This document shows positions 61,901-64,000 of a stretch of DNA of 64,000 nucleotides, one piece after another. The notes under the pieces are model-generated. The model was not told the DNA's origin and did not search any database. It saw only the letters and a list, made by a program, of their open reading frames with translations. The DNA comes from Phoronis australis (taxonomy: Eukaryota > Animalia > Phoronida). Each line of letters starts with the position of its first letter. The stretch's first letter is position 1. The stretch covers positions 186,001 to 250,000 of the forward strand of contig NMRA01000569.1 in the NCBI GenBank assembly GCA_002633005.1, written 5' to 3'. The position numbers were made by a program, and so were the translations under genes.

Positions 61901-63965
61901 CTAGTCCACACTGCCTCCTCACATCCATAGGAAATGCTCTATTTTACAAAGATCGTGCATAGTGTTCAGGAGATACAGCTGTGGACACAAAAATTGTCAA
62001 TAGGAGGTGCTACAGCAGTCTGGCCCACCCAAAAATCAACAAGCAGCTGACATTTGTAGTCTTATCAGGAACATGTGTACCAATTTCTATAATAATCCCT
62101 CAAGTGGTTTGGCAGATGGAAAGACAGATGCTAAAAATGTGCCATGACTAAGAGACTTGTACAAAACATTTGTCACAGAACAAGACAACATTAAGACATG
62201 TTGCCAAGTTAGTTGTTCATGCAGACACTGAGAAAAATGTTTCTAGATGATACAATTGGTCTAGCTAATCTGTTGTTACTTTGCAATGTGGGCCTGTGTA
62301 CTATAAATAAACATCATATAATCTCAATTAAACTAATATAAATTAACTAAAATCAAAATCTCAGTGTCTCAGTGTAATCAAAATATAATCTATATCAAAC
62401 ATAAATAGAACTTACTTTTGGATAAATAGAATAATTTGGACAAGCCACGACTGCATTCAGCCTATCAGCAAGCTGACAGCATACAGATGAATAAATACTT
62501 TTGTCCCCCGAAGACCATCCTCCACCATACACAAACACGACCACAGGGCAGGCACCATTGTTTGCACCAGACGATGTTGGGAAGTAAAGGTCTAAGTTAT
62601 TATTACTGCTTCCAAAGGAAACATCCTGAAATAAAATGGACATGTTTAATAAAGTATAACGCACAATCAAATTACAATTTTTAAAGACAGCTAGGTTACA
62701 TTTCAAACTTTGTCAGCAAAAAACAGTAATTCAGGTAGACTATACAAGAAATCTAGCTTGACTGTGAATGTATTAACTTGCCATGCTTGAAACCATGAAC
62801 AAAAATTACATAAAATGTCACACCAAAAACATGATTAACCAAGACAAGGTTGAAGTAAGAATTGAAATATTTGCACCATACAAGTCTATTAATGTTAAGT
62901 AACATCAGCAGTGACTCTTTGAAAACTACAACTACACATTTATAACCCTTAATCTTTTATGAACAATTTCATCAGGATGTTGGTTCAATAAATATTAACA
63001 TTTCCATCCACATAATTCAAAAATCAAAACAAAAATTACCAGAAATTTTCAGCCTCTTAAGACTCCAGTTGAATGGCCCCTAGATGTCGCTAAGCATTGC
63101 ACAGGGCTGTACAGACAGCTGTGATGGAAAGCACCACTGTCTCTGTTCCATGGATTTCCTCGACATGAAATCCAGACTGCCTCCTCATTAGACTCGGAGT
63201 CAATAATGATGGTGCCCGACCAATTTATAACATGGTTCAGTTGTAATGCATGGTCTGTAATGGCAGATCTGTGAACCTGTGTGAGGCATTTTTTTCAGAT
63301 ATATCTTGTAAAGGATTTATTGGACCACATGTTGGCTTTTTTACATTGATCATATATGGCTTTAGATTCCTGGTTTCCAAGCATTGACAACATGTACCAG
63401 GAAAGAATCCCAGATAAAAGTCCACAAATTCGCCATCACAGACAACGTGTTACAACAGAACCACATTGTAAATAGTTGGGCACCTCTCTCAATGATGGTC
63501 TAATGATTTTTCTCCATGTATCAAAGTCTGGATTTCACTTTAGATAAATCCAATGAACAGAGACAGGGTGCTTTCCATCTCAGTCTATTCAGCCCAGCTG
63601 TGCTACACTCAGCGATACCTACCAGCAATTATACAAACTTTAGTTTTAGGAAGCTGAACATTATTTTGGTTTAGATTTATTGAAACTTTTTACAATTAAT
63701 CACTAACCTTGATTAGCCTGTTTTCTCCAGCAGTATAATATAAGTATTTTGCTCTCAAAAAGAAACTTGTATATTTTAAGTACAGTAATTGTTTCAAAAC
63801 ATGCCAGTTGACTGCATAAACTTTCTTGGGATCTAATGCTCTTCTGTACTTCTTTTCCTCAATTGGCCAACCATACAGGAAGTTACAGAGTATGGCCACA
63901 GCATACGGTAACACCACTGTAGTCGACAGCGCAATCACCGCACCACGGTAAACCGTGCTTGTCAT
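55913..63965 (-). CDS. Isoprenylcysteine alpha-carbonyl methylesterase (ICME/PCME)-like alpha/beta-hydrolase
   Basis: Exons 63965-63708 (N-terminal hydrophobic helix), 62625-62416 (VVVFVYGGGWSSGDK...PNYSIYP), 60805-60722, 59237-58655 (LIGHSAGAHL nucleophile elbow), 57546-57390 or 57047-56891 (G-[LI]-AGVY), 56144-55913 (LLHGTNDSIVP...GCGH). Ser-Asp-His triad motifs of the HSL-like family. Confidence 0.88.
56891..57047 (-). CDS. Alternative exon B (157 nt) of the ICME-like hydrolase
   Basis: AG/GT flanked, phase 1 to 2; encodes GIAGVYDVGEQYHYYYEQGIEDIKALGRCSYGPEHFHRFSPVQIVQDLPSNS. Confidence 0.78.
57390..57546 (-). CDS. Alternative exon A (157 nt) of the ICME-like hydrolase
   Basis: AG/GT flanked, phase 1 to 2; encodes GLAGVYNIGQHYQHEYMRCVEDLSGMSRAMHGPTCFNRYSPTITVQDLPRNA. 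Confidence 0.8.
57738..58307 (-). repeat. Near-identical duplicate of ~58410-58982 (exon 3' half plus intron) abutting an N; probable allelic/assembly duplication
   Basis: Only a few SNPs (e.g. EENG vs EEHG); the copy stops exactly at the n at 58308 and has no splice acceptor. Confidence 0.85.
61066..61192. repeat. Hairpin with ~48-bp inverted arms
   Basis: aacagcttattatttaaaatggcttattcttattaaaatgacataggc and its reverse complement (1 mismatch). Confidence 0.85.
61790..61918 (-). mobile_element. tRNA-derived SINE head
   Basis: Reverse strand ggcagtgtggactagtgtgatagg...ggttcgagtcccac carries A and B boxes but no clean cloverleaf. Similar degenerate heads at ~14820-14885 (-) and ~45348-45425 (+). 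Confidence 0.6.
63085..63617. repeat. Degenerate inverted-repeat (MITE-like) element
   Basis: gatggaaagcacc..tgtctctgttc..tggattt..tgaaatccagact (~63124-63178) is inverted at ~63526-63580. Confidence 0.6.
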
Positions 63966-64000
63966 ATTTGGAAATGGACTGCAAAAATAAATAGAAGAAA

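Larger units (their letters stand above)
60910..62130 (+). mobile_element. Degenerate HINE-like repeat array with a nested hairpin and SINE
   Basis: Recurring ccactaggtggcgc / aaagatcctac / ggagatacagc motifs shared with 4540-5326. Confidence 0.5.

Noticed and set aside
61845-61918. Possible tRNA gene
   Set aside because: A/B boxes present but stems and anticodon arm are not canonical and it runs into a SINE-like body.

Overview
AT-rich eukaryotic DNA from an invertebrate bilaterian (lophotrochozoan-like repeat content; species not identifiable). It holds five spliced genes: the 5' part of DDX46/Prp5 (-, runs off the left edge), GAR1 (+), a PH-RhoGAP of the ARHGAP22/24/25 family (-), a JNK MAP kinase (+, middle exons absent, probably lost in an assembly gap) and an ICME-like alpha/beta-hydrolase (-). 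DDX46/GAR1 and ARHGAP/JNK are head-to-head pairs. Introns contain a decayed Tx1/L1-like LINE interrupted by a solo LTR, fold-back MITEs with clear TSDs, Helentron-like HINE repeats, SINE heads and minisatellites. Best observations: two homologous 157-nt exons in the hydrolase that look mutually exclusive, a GAR1 start codon apparently split A|TG by a 4.7-kb intron, a U12-type GAR1 intron, JNK-ARHGAP linkage in the opposite orientation to vertebrates, tandem duplications of 5' splice sites in two genes, and a K2P-channel pore-like fragment in a JNK intron. I found no convincing wholly new biological system. Exon boundaries were read by eye; homology calls come from recalled family knowledge, not database searches.
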